The notes under the pieces are model-generated. The model was not told the origin of the DNA. It was given only the letters and a program-made list of their open reading frames with translations, and did no database searches. Shown in pieces: positions 1-18,355 of a DNA stretch of 46,824 bases. The position numbers were made by a program, and so were the translations under genes. This stretch comes from Seison nebaliae. Its lineage: Eukaryota. Location of the stretch: assembly GCA_023231475.1 (NCBI GenBank), contig JALJEE010000413.1:1-46824 (forward strand). Reading direction: 5' to 3'. Within the stretch, counting starts at the first letter, position 1; each line of letters begins with the position of its first letter.

Positions 1-6782
<6,782 letters not shown>

Positions 6783-6829
6783 ACAAAACATTTAAAATAA
6801 TTTAATAAAATTGTTTTAAAGATTTTACA

Positions 6830-6862
<33 letters not shown>
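6830..6862. repeat. (AAT)n microsatellite in the 120-bp gap between two convergent genes
   Basis: About 11 AAT units read directly from the sequence. Confidence 0.9.
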
Positions 6863-6902
6863 CAATTGAATATTTTTCTAATAAAATTTCTTTTGATACC
6901 GT

Positions 6903-9900
6903 TCAATCCCAATTCAAAAGTTTATGATATCTATTATTAAATCGTTCGATCGTTTTCGCTTGTTCACGTACGTCCTGTTGAATTTTACTTCTCATATAAA
7001 ATATGGGACAGTCACGACTTGTACAAATGACATCCTGTGTCAACGATTCTTGACATCGTTGACATTGTGTCCATAGTTTCGTGAACTTTTGTTGAAGATT
7101 ATTAAAATGAGCTAATTCTCGTTGATAAATTCGATCTTCATATTTCATACAATATGAACAAAGAGCATCTGGAATATCTTCAATATCTTCAACTTTCTCC
7201 TCTTTCACTTCCATTTTCTCTTCTTTCAATTTATTTCCCATCATAAAATTAAATGGATTATTATTACCTGAATTCTTTATATTATTATTATTATTATTAT
7301 TATTATTATCATTATTATTATTATTATTATTATTAGTTATGGTAGATAAAGGAGCACGACATCCGATACATGTTACACGTTTCTTAGCGAAAGATGCCAA
7401 TGCACCAATTTTGGAAGATGTACGTATTTTTGACAAAGTATGATTTCCATAAAAAAGTTCAGATTTAGCTTTGGATTCACTCCCGAGAATTGGTTCGAAT
7501 AATCGTAATAACGGTTTAGTGAGTTGTTGCTCGATATAGTATTTGGTGTCGATAGGAATGGAATTTTCTAAGACATAATCTGGATCTTCCGCTTTCTCGT
7601 ATGCGGCTTGTTTATTCGATCCAGCAGTAATCACATAAGGAATTCGATCGCCCAATTGAGGAATGTGAACTTCCGAATCTTTTTTTGCCGCTCTCTGTTT
7701 CAATTTATTTACTAATTCCACATGACATTGTCTCGCACTATACGATTCTTTGGAGAGTTCTTTCGTAATGATTAATTGAGATATATCAATCTCATTAAGA
7801 AGTAATTGTTGAATTATCGATTTGACATACATAATCGCTTTGGCTGGTGCATTCTCGATTAATAATTTATGGAGACACATTCCAATTAGTTTAGCGACTA
7901 AAGAACAATTGTCACGTCGGACAGTTTCGATTCCTTTACAATCCATCTTGTCATAATGATGTTCGTTCGTCCAATATAGACCGGCATATCTTTTCTTATT
8001 GATGAGGATATATGGAAAATAAATTTTTTCAAATTCTAATCGAATTGGTTTCTTAAATTTATTCGATATTGAATCAGCTGCTTCTTTGCCCCATTTCATA
8101 ATTAATCTAATCAATTGCATCTTCCTCTCCTCTTCCGTTTGCCATTTTAATGAATATTTCTGTAATGCTTCATCTACATTAGATGGAGAAAGAAATTTCA
8201 CCATTACACTATCCGTATCTCCATAAATGACTTGAGCATTCTCTAAATAATTGTTGTTTTGTACATATTCTTTTTCTACCTGTAATTTCGTTTCTTCGAT
8301 CATCTCTCGACCGAAAGATGTGACGCTTTGTGAAATTTCAAGACAAGGCAATTTACCAACTACGGCACCAGTGAATCCATAAACAGAATTAGCTGATATT
8401 TTCAATGCTAATTGACGTCCATCATAAACAATTCGACGATAATCATTCGCTTCACATTCTTTCATTAATTTCTTCGCTTTCTTTCTTGCACTTAATAATG
8501 CCTCTAAAATTTCAGGTAATAATCCTGCTTTCACTTTACTCTTCACAAACACGTCACCACTCGGCGTCACAGTACAATCATTTTCGAGTGATATCGATGG
8601 AAGATCTTTCGTATTCTTATTTCGAATTAATGTCGTATAACAAAGATTATGAGCGATCATAATACTGGGATAAAGTGAAGAGAAATCGAGAGTAGCGATT
8701 GGTGTTTGATAGAAACCTTTCACCGGATCGATGACAGTCGCTCCTTCGAATTGGACAGCGTCATTCGATGAATCAACTTTCATTGTTGGTAAAATATAAT
8801 TCTTTTCTTTCGTCTTCCTCAACAATTGTGAGAGAACTTTAATTTGTTGTCCTCTTAATAAGAGAGCAGAAATTGGAACTCCAGTCACTCGTGCCATTTC
8901 GATATGATTGACAATAAGTAATAATTTATTAATAAGACGTAAAGGTAAGAGAGCATCTTTCAAACAATAAACAGCTAAACGTCGACGAGTGATAGAATTA
9001 CCATTTTGTAATGTAGTAATGATGGAATGATGAACATCTTCTTTCTGCTCTTTCAAAAAATGATAACTAACAGCATTCAATGAATAAGAACGTAATTTAT
9101 GTTCTCTTAACAAAACGAGTAAAACATCAAATATTACTCGTCCATCAATAAACACGTCATGATTCTCTCGTTTTCCTAATTGTTTCGATTGGAGAACTGA
9201 TGGTTTCTCCGTCGCTCGATTATCTTTTAATCGTCCCAAATAATTGAAATGTGGAATATTCAACGTTTTCGCTCGATCGAACAAATAAGGAAAATCGAAA
9301 TTTTGAATATTATATCCCGTTATTATATCTGGATCGATTGCACGTACAAATTGAGCAAATTTCAATAATAATTCTTTCTCCGATCGAAAACAATAGACAT
9401 CAGCTCCAGCAATCGGTGCCACATCTCTCAAAGCGAATACACATTTAACGAACGGTTCTGTCTTCTCTAATGTCGATGATTGTATTTGAACGATGGCGGC
9501 GATTTGAATGACTTGATCGATTTTCGGATCAGGAAAAATACCAGGACGATTACTACATTCGATATCGAATGATAAAATTCTTAAAGAACAGAAATGCATC
9601 CAATCATCATCTGTGGGTGAATGAGAAATGATATCTCTCCAATTCACATCAATTTCATAAGTACAAGTTGATTGTTTGGATGGTCGTGATCCAGAGAGAC
9701 GTTCCTGATATTTGTCTTTTTCGAATGTGATCCAATTACAACCGACAATATCCGTATCGACCATAAATCGGATTTCAAATGGAATATTACTTTCATAAAT
9801 TTGAAAATTCTCACTCGTCGTTGTCAATGAATTACCAGTGAGAAATTTCACTTCTCCTCTCTCCAACAGACGTTTAGCACTCGCCAAATATTGAGTGTTA

Positions 9901-10537
9901 ATCGTAAAAATTTGAATGAAAGAACAATTGTCGTTAGAGTGATAATAATAAATGTTTTGTTTCTCCACCATCTTACAATGGACGATATAAATTTTCGATT
10001 TATCTCGATTATCGTTATCAATCGCTTTATTCAAACTCCATTGGAAAAATTCGAGATGTTTCTCTTCATCGAATTGTTTCGGTGTCGCCACATAAAGATA
10101 TGGGAAGAAACCGTGAACATGTGCAAGAATGACATTGGTACTATTCGCTAAATTTCCATAAATCCGATAAACGGGAGATTGAATATCTTCCTCTTCTTCC
10201 AAATTTAATTTTTTCAAATATTTTTTATGACGTTCCAATTCTTTTCCACTCAACTGATCCGATAATGTTTCTAATCGAGTCAGAGAATTATTCGATCCTT
10301 TATACACTTCAATATCAGTTTGAAGGACGACAATGTCGTTTATCAATCGTTCATTTCTCATCTCTTCATCACGTCCATATTTCCCAAATATCTTCTCTTC
10401 CATTTGAACTTTATCAAAAAATCCTTCGAAAAAATCTGAAAATTCAATTGAGAAGATGATGAGGAACTTGCTTCATGATGCTCTTCCGTATTCTCTGATT
10501 CTTTATTCAACTTGATCTTCTTTCCAGTCGATGCCAT
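6903..10537 (-). CDS. POLD1: DNA polymerase delta catalytic subunit (B-family polymerase with 3'-5' exonuclease)
   Basis: ExoI LSFDIEC, ExoII GYNIQNFD, ExoIII YCLKDA, motif A LDFSSLYPSIMIAHNLCYTT, motif B RQLALKISANSVYGFTG, motif C YGDTDS, CysA CIGC..CSYC, CysB CQRC..CTSRDCPIFY. The main ORF is 6903-10403. An in-frame upstream exon (ATG 10537, MASTGKKIKLNKE...) joins through a predicted 32-nt intron at 10467-10436 (GTTCCT...TTCAG). Confidence 0.97.
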
Positions 10538-11056
10538 AGATAGAAAATAATAAGGAATGATGAACTAATGGAACTTATGGAATTAATGGAAATAATGGAA
10601 TTGATGATAATGATGAGATTTGCAAACTGAAGAAACAAATAGAAAATTTTGTTGAATGTAAAATAAATTTGAAAGGAGAATCATAATTTAGAGTTAAAAA
10701 GATTGAAAGATATTCTCCATAAATTCATTTTGAAAGAAGAAGAAAAAATTTCTTTCGAATTCTAGCTTTCCTTCACTTCTACAAATGTATACATATATAT
10801 ACATCGACAGATAGAAAAAGAGAGGTAATGGAAAAGATGCAGATAAATAGAAAGTTTTTATTTTCTAAAGAATTATTTCTTTAAGCTTTTCTCAATATTT
10901 AGTCTCTGCTTTAACTCTCTCATTTTTCCATTTCTAGAAAAATATTTCTTCTTTTTTCAACGATACAATTGAATTTCTTGTAAATCGATTTGGATTGATT
11001 AATTGATCTCGAAAGAGAGAGAGAGAGAGAGTGAGAGTGAAAGAGAGAAAGAGATA
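10538..11056. promoter_or_regulatory. Probable bidirectional promoter/5'UTR region shared by POLD1 and PGM; contains a (GA)n tract at ~11014-11053
   Basis: About 520 bp between divergent start codons (10537 on -, 11057 on +). Inferred from gene orientation only; no core motif identified. Confidence 0.5.
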
Positions 11057-12877
11057 ATGATTTTCGATACATTTCAAGTTTCTTCTATTGATGTCACACC
11101 ATTCACCGATCAGAAACCTGGTACGAGTGGTTTGCGAAAGAAAGTGAAACATTTCCAACAAAAGAATTATTTAGAATGTTTCATTCAATCCATTATGGAT
11201 GTGGCGAGACCACGCATTCTCTTATTGGGTGGAGATGGACGATATTTCAATCTGGAAGCAATTCAAACTATCATTCGAATGTCAGCGGCAAATGATGTTC
11301 AAGAATTATGGGTAGCTAAACGAGGATTATCTTCTACTCCAGCCATGTCATGTATGATTCGAAAATACAATTTATGTGGTGGAATTATTCTAACGGCAAG
11401 TCATAACGCTGGTGGAGAGAATGAAGATTTCGGAGTGAAATATAATGGATCGAATGGTGCTCCAATTCAAGAGATTTTAACTTCGGCAATTTTCGAAAGA
11501 TCAGTCAAATTGAAATCGTACAAAACATCGAAATTGATTAGTGGAGAAGATGGAAGGATGAAAGAAAAGATAATTATTGACAATTTATTTTCTCGAGATT
11601 ATTTCGTTGAGAATAATGATGATAACGATGCTGATAATGAAAATAAAAAGAAAAGGAAATTCACTTTGAGAGTGGTTGATGGAATCGAAGATTATTATCA
11701 AATGCTCACAACCATTTTCGATATGGAAACTATTCAACGATTAATTGAGAGTGGAACATTACCAAGATTCCATGGAATGAGTGGTGTTATGGGTCCATAT
11801 ATTCTTCGTACTTTTGGTCATATGCCAATTCCCGATAGTTTTTTTATGGGATGTGAACCGAAAGTAGATTTTGATGGTGGTCATCCTGATCCAAATCTTG
11901 TTCATGCACATCAATTAATCGATGCATTAAAATCAAATGGTGGTGATGTTGGATTCGCTTTTGATGGTGATGGTGATCGTATGATGGTTTTAGGCAGAAA
12001 TGGTTATTATGTCAATCCATGTGATTCATTAGCTGTAATTGCTGATAATTTACAAATACTTCCCGCTTTCAAATCGAGAAAGATTACTGGATTCGCTCGA
12101 AGTATGCCAACTAGTTCAGCCATTGATCGAGTTGCTAAAAAGAAAAATGTGACTTGTTTCGTCACTCCAACTGGCTGGAAATATTTCGGAGATTTAATGG
12201 ATGGTAATCGTGTGTGTTTATGTGGAGAAGAATCATTCGGTTTAGGATTCGATACATTGAGAGAGAAAGATGGTTTAGGTGCAGCACTTGCATGGTTATC
12301 TATTATGGCATTTCATTTGAAACCGATTGATATCATTATGAAACAACATTGGTTGTTATATGGTCGAAATTATTTCTCTCGTTATGATTATGAGAATTGT
12401 TCGTTAGAGGATTGCAATGAATTTATGAGTAATTTAGAGAAATTATTACCGTCATTAGAAGGACGTGAATGTGAAGACAATTTGAAAATTATGAAAGCCG
12501 ATTCATTCACTTATCTCAGCGTTGTCACTGGATATACTTCAGAGAATAATGTTTTTTAATTTTTCTTCTTTTCATCTAATTTTATCATATTTGGAAAATA
12601 GGGATTGAGAATTTTCTTCGATGATTCTTCACGAATCGTTTATCGTTTGAGTGGTACGGGTAGTACGGGCGGAACTGTTCGGATTTATATAGAGAAATAT
12701 ATTGCAAGTGATCAAGATTTCCATCGACCAACTGAAGTTAATTATTTTCATTTTATTTCATTCTACATATTTGTTGTTATGATTAAGGAGTGTGTGAAAT
12801 CGATTGCGAAAATTGCAATTGAAATAAGTCAATTAGAACAATTTCTCAAACGGAAATCACCTTCCGTCATCACATAA
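11057..12877 (+). CDS. PGM1: Phosphoglucomutase (PGM1-type alpha-D-phosphohexomutase)
   Basis: DQKPGTSGLRKK, phosphoserine loop TASHNAGG, metal loop DGDGDR, PTGWKYFG, sugar loop CGEESFG, RLSGTGSTGGTVRIYIE, C-terminal PSVIT*. Introns at 12551-12601 and 12737-12787. True ATG at 11057 (the ORF track start at 11003 is a TTG). Confidence 0.96.
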
Positions 12878-13245
12878 ATTATAAACTTATGCAAAAATTT
12901 TAATAATTACATTTTATCTCTCCATTTCCTCCTCCAACAACAACAACAACAACAATAGCATTGTAATTGCATTATTATTCAAATTGAAATCATTCATTTT
13001 TTACTTGCTTCTTACTTAAATAGCGATTTTTTCATAGTCAGAAATGTTCTTTTTTCATTTTCTTTAACAGTTTCTCTCTTTTAATCATCTTTGAAGAAAT
13101 TCGAATAGTAAATGATTATTTTTTCATTTAAAATAAAATAAGAAATGAAAGATCTCTAAAAAGAGAATTTAATTTAAATATATTTATCGTTCAATTTCGA
13201 CAAATTGAATGGAATAGAATGAAATTTAAATTTATGGAATGAAAT

Positions 13246-13821
13246 TTAAAGAATTAGGAAAAAGAGAAGAAAAAGGAAACTGAAGAAATTAACAAATCCA
13301 ATCGTTTGTCTATTCGACGAATTATGATAATAATAATAATCTAAATTTTGTCGTCGAATCAATTCCAACGTTCCACGTAATGCAGCAACTTGTTTCTTCA
13401 CTAATTCTATCCGATCTTTGTCGGGAGTTTTAAGAACTTCGTTCGTCATTTGTAACGTTCTCAAATTATCGCCCGTTTTCCATTGTTCAGATCCTTCAAT
13501 CGCTTGTTTCGCCGTCGATTTCCCATCATTCTTCTTATGAAGAGCATCGAAATCTTCTCTCGCTTCTGTTTGACTTTCCACTAGACGATCTAATGATTTC
13601 TTTCGATATCGATCAGCAAATTTATCTAAATTCGTTTGGCCCATCGCACTAGTGATTATGGAATTCTTCAGTTTCTCTTCTTCGGCAGCTAAGCCCGTCT
13701 CGCTGTTTTTGAGGGCTTTGATCAATTCAGTTTTTGGACGAGTAGCAATGGAGGGATCGAACGAATTGATCATGTGTCGATGAAGAAGACAAATTAAAAT
13801 GAAATGTTGTCTGAAATACAT
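13246..13821 (-). CDS. Orphan 191-aa helical/coiled-coil protein with a probable signal peptide and GPI-anchor-type C-terminus
   Basis: Single-exon ATG-TAA ORF with higher GC than its flanks. N-terminal hydrophobic stretch FILICLL, charged helical core, C-terminal NSS + spacer + hydrophobic tail (IGFVNFFSFLFLLFFLIL*) with no cytoplasmic tail. Confidence 0.7.
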   Translation of the reverse strand: MYFRQHFILICLLHRHMINSFDPSIATRPKTELIKALKNSETGLAAEEEKLKNSIITSAMGQTNLDKFADRYRKKSLDRLVESQTEAREDFDALHKKNDGKSTAKQAIEGSEQWKTGDNLRTLQMTNEVLKTPDKDRIELVKKQVAALRGTLELIRRQNLDYYYYHNSSNRQTIGFVNFFSFLFLLFFLIL

Positions 13822-15290
13822 CGATGGTTAGAGATGAGAGGAAAATGAATCGAGTTGAAATGAAAATAGAAAAAAAAATTTAAGGACAACGAAATTAGGT
13901 TGCAAGTCAATCGATGTTATGATTACATACTTCTTCCTTCATATTTTTCTTTCATTCGAATGGAACTCTTCTTACCAAATCTCCTTTTACCTGATATATC
14001 TAATTTGGAACGAATTCGATCTATATCCATCACTCTTCCCATTCACCACCACCATAACAATCGACTAATAAGATGACATGATTTCGTGTATTTGTCAATA
14101 AACGAATATTATTCAATTGTCATTAAATCATAATAATAATCATTACATCAATTCGATTGTACAATCCTTTTTTTTTCATTTAAGATATTTGCTCCAGTTC
14201 CATTTGAGGGATATTCACTTTCAATTTTTATGAAATTCTCTTAAAATTTTCTTAGTCTTTCTCTTTGAAATACATATCATTCCAAGTTACATCGATTAAC
14301 TAAAGAGAAATATTCGATTCATTCATTTTTTTTCTCATCCAATTTTTGATGGTTCATACAACCATCTTTCCATCTCGTATATCCATCCTCATAATTGTAT
14401 ATGAGATATTAGAATGATTTTCTCGTTCATAATTCTCGTCTCGTCATTCAAAATCGTCTTCATATTATCAAGTTGATAGATCCATTTTTTTTCTCGTCCT
14501 CCAGACGGATGATAAGATTGAGAAGATCGTTCCAAATCCGCCATAGCTCAATGATTATTTGAATGAGAGAAGTGAATGGAAATTTGAAGAATCACATTTT
14601 CATTCGGCATCAATCGGAAACATTGTGTTTGTATGGGAAATCTTTGAAGTTTCATTAAACATCTTAATGGAAATTGTTGAAGATGTCGGGATGGATAAAG
14701 CTGGGACAGTAGTAGATAATAGTTTTAGGAAAAAAAGCTACAAATGCAACTGTTATTCTCTTAATAGACTATTAAATGATTTGATATATTTCTTCCATGG
14801 GAAGTGATTGACATAGACGACGCATGATTGAATGTCTCCCATTATCCATATTTCCATTCCTCTTACACTTATTAACAGGAGAAGATGATGCTTAATAAGA
14901 TGATTAATTTTTAAAAAACAGCAACCTCATTCTATTCTACAAACGATCTTGAGAGAAATAAATAGAATTGCAGCTGATAATCATTATATCATTCTTAATG
15001 CGGATTTAAAATTGCCTTTAACTAAACACTAATCATCCAGTTAGAAGACCGAATATTTTCTAAAGAGCTACATACATTTATAGCTCCATACTTCTTCCTT
15101 TTTGCCTTATCAACATATTTCCATCTTCATCGTTCCCGTCGTCGTCTTTCATATTTCTTTCCAACAAATTTAAGTGACAAATTATCAGAGACTACCATTC
15201 TTCACTGTTGGAAGCGGCTTCCATCACTGTTGGTTGAACATGGTTTAATCTGTAAAAATGACATACCCACAGACACATACACTCAAAACA

Positions 15291-15296
<6 letters not shown>

Positions 15297-15321
<25 letters not shown>
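15297..15321. repeat. (CA)n microsatellite
   Basis: About 12 CA units read directly. Confidence 0.9.
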
Positions 15322-15328
<7 letters not shown>

Positions 15329-17609
15329 TGCACATTATTTATGTGAATGTGCACATTCCATATTGTCCATTGCTCAATGAGAAATTTGCTTAATAACATT
15401 TTCTATACTACATCACTTTTACGATCATAAGCACAATAATCATCATTGTGCACAAGATTTCAACTTGCGACGGTATTAGTTCTTCGATGGATGAAATTCG
15501 GAAGTAGTTTAATCAGTTTGACCTTTTCCTACCGAACCTTTTTTTCTCCCCCACATCTTTCTCGGAAAAATCGAATGTGAAATTTTCATAAAAATATTTT
15601 TCGAGAAGAGGTTTTATTAATTTTTTCGCCATAATAACGCGTCTTCATATGGATATATGAAAGAATATTCTTTTTCTAATTAGTAGATAATTTTCTTAAA
15701 AGACAAAAATCTTCTTTCATATGTGTGCATGATCATTCAACACGTAAGTGTCATTCTTCTAATATCATTACAATATTGCATCATTGAAATAGAAAATTTT
15801 TATTTCTGATAATCTCGAGATGTAATTGCGCAATTCTCATATAACTTCTCCTAAGGAAAATTGATAGAAAGTCTTTTCTATTCCATTAATGTTAAATTAA
15901 TGGAACTTTTTTTTCTCTGATTTATTCACCATATCATTCTATCCTCAAGATTATTGTTCGAATATGAATGTTCGACGCTCGTTAATTATTCGCCCCATAT
16001 TTCCCACATCTTCTCAAGTGACTAATCAATCTCGTAAGAAATATCTAAATTTTCTGTTTGCAGTTAAATTAAAAAAATTTTCCTTTACTTTAAGCACAAT
16101 GTAAAATGGAAGAATTTTTCTTTCTTCTTCTGTTTTTTTTTTGAACTTTCTTCTTCGATATACTTCTTCCGTTTCTAAAAACATTTTATGGGCGAATGCC
16201 ATAAAGAAAGGAAATGATTAATTAACAAAGATTCCTTTACAGGAATTAATTATTTGAAATCAGTTAAAACGTATTTATGAAGAATTATTTCGTTTTCCTA
16301 TAAGTTGAAAAACAAAAAAATATTATTCAAATTTCTTTAAGTGAAAATGAAGAAATATTTCGTTTGAATTTATAAAAATTTCTTTTTAAGGATATTTCTT
16401 TCTCACAAAATTAAGAAAAGAAATACTCACCAAATCTTTAATCCATCCATTATTTCATCATTTTACCAGGTGCGATATGATATGTTGTTCAATCTAATAT
16501 GGTTTTTTTTATGGGTCGTGCTTAAATGAGTTGTTTTGTAGAGTTTCATCGGTCTTTAAAAGAATCACTTTTATTGACGAATTCATTACTATGATGGAGC
16601 GAAGAATATTGAGGTAAATTAATGTTCAGGAAAATTTAATTTTAATTTCTATTTTCTTGATTGATATTTCTGAGAAAATGATGATTTTAGAGAAAAGACT
16701 TAAAAATGATCATTTGAAATCATTTTAACAAATGGTTGATGTTCAGTTGCTGAGATGGAACTGGAATAATTTTTCTGAACAGAATTTTATTATTAGGAGA
16801 AACATTCGGTGAATTTATATAAAATTTATTTAGTTGTTAAGTAAAATGTGGTTGATTGTAAATATTTTGCTCATCAGTAGAATTCATGAGGCATTTCAAT
16901 CAGTTTTTCACTGGAAGTTAAATAGTCTCAATTAATTTTCTTTTTAAAGTTTTTCCATTTTTTGATTGAACAATAAGTTTCTGATAGAACGAGTAGTAGA
17001 ACAAGTGAATTTTATCCATTCTAATTGAATTGCCGAAAATGGGGAGGAATTAATTAAAAATGAGAAATGTAAAGGAATGATTAGGAAGGAAGAAGATGTT
17101 ATGGATAGGAAGATAGAGGCGATATATGAATCAGGATGATGTTATCGACTTCCCATTCGAAGAGGAGAAACGAAATATTTGATGTTTGAAAGATGAAATG
17201 GAAGAAGTGGAAATGACGAACACATTTCGGTATGTTGTGAATGAGTGAATTGAGCAGATGATATCAATATTATCGACGGAAGACCATTTCCTTTACTCGA
17301 GAAGATGAGAAAGTTAATTTGGAGAATACGTTTAAGTTCAATCGAATTGCTTCCATCGAATGAAGATAATGGGAAGAAGTAGAAAGTATCGACATATAAG
17401 ATTTTATTAAGATTTTCGGAACTTGTTCCAACTCCGCTCGACATGTTTCTGTACTTCCCTCAATTTCATTTGGGTAAACTGGCAATTATATTGATTTGTG
17501 TTAATTGATGATGAGTGAATGTGCATCGGATTTAATATCGTTCATGCAATAGGAATAGTTGCAACGATTTGTCTTCACGTAAAATTGAATAGTTAATGAA
17601 AAATAGAAA

Positions 17610-17648
17610 GAAGAAGACGAAGAAGAAGAAGAAGAAGAAGAAGAAGAA
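17610..17648. repeat. (GAA)n microsatellite
   Basis: About 13 GAA units with one GAC interruption. Confidence 0.9.
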
Positions 17649-18355
17649 CATATACTGTTTATTAATTGGAAGAGAATTAATAAAATGAGAGTGGTTCTCA
17701 TAAAATTGTCTGATATATTGGAATTGAGAAGACAAATTTGTGAGAGAAAACAAGAAAATTCGTATGTTTTCCAAGAGGAATGATTGAGAGAAAACTCATT
17801 CATCTACTGACATTAAATTTCATTTCGTTATGGTCGTATTCTGCCATCGACAGGATGTTGAAAAATTACATTTTCGTCATCGATAATCATTCCTTCTCCT
17901 TTCCCTCCTCCTCTTCGTTTAAACTAAACATTCTCCGAAAGTAGCACTGAAGAAGACGTGGTGAAGTTTTTGAGGAGACGGTTGTGCTGATGAGTGGAAT
18001 GGAATGATTCGTTCTGATGAGATTGAGAAGTAGTAAATGTTTTGAAAGATTAATTTATTTATGAGAATTTATCAATTTCGAATGTGGATTCACGATGAGA
18101 ATTAGGATTGGAGGCAGGAGGATGTTATTTGTCAAGCACTTCATTTCCAAACAGAATATTACTTGATATTATCTAATTAAAAATTTTTTTTAATGATTCG
18201 TGTTGAATCGCAATTGGTAGAATTATCTTTCTCTAGTGAGGAAGAAGCACCATTCTCAATATTTAAATGAAGCACCTCACAAATTTCTCATTTTTGCCAA
18301 TTAGAATCTCACACAATGCCTCTACTACCATTTGCCTTACCTGGACGAGGAAGAA

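Noticed and set aside
8405..10459. Short plus-strand ORFs inside POLD1 (and similar antisense or alternate-frame ORFs in the EGF, RIM-like and DGK genes)
   Set aside because: These are shadows of real coding sequence with no motifs; many use TTG/GTG starts that do not apply to this eukaryote.
14600..16460. Possible minus-strand spliced unit (GTGAGT donor at 16430, acceptors near 15250 and 14738)
   Set aside because: The joins I tried give immediate stops or very short peptides. It could be UTR or lncRNA, but this is unsupported without transcripts.
17142..17803. Cluster of minus-strand ORFs, one with a signal-peptide-like start and poly-Ser
   Set aside because: The poly-Ser/poly-Phe comes from the (GAA)n microsatellite, and no splice model joined the ORFs into a coherent protein.
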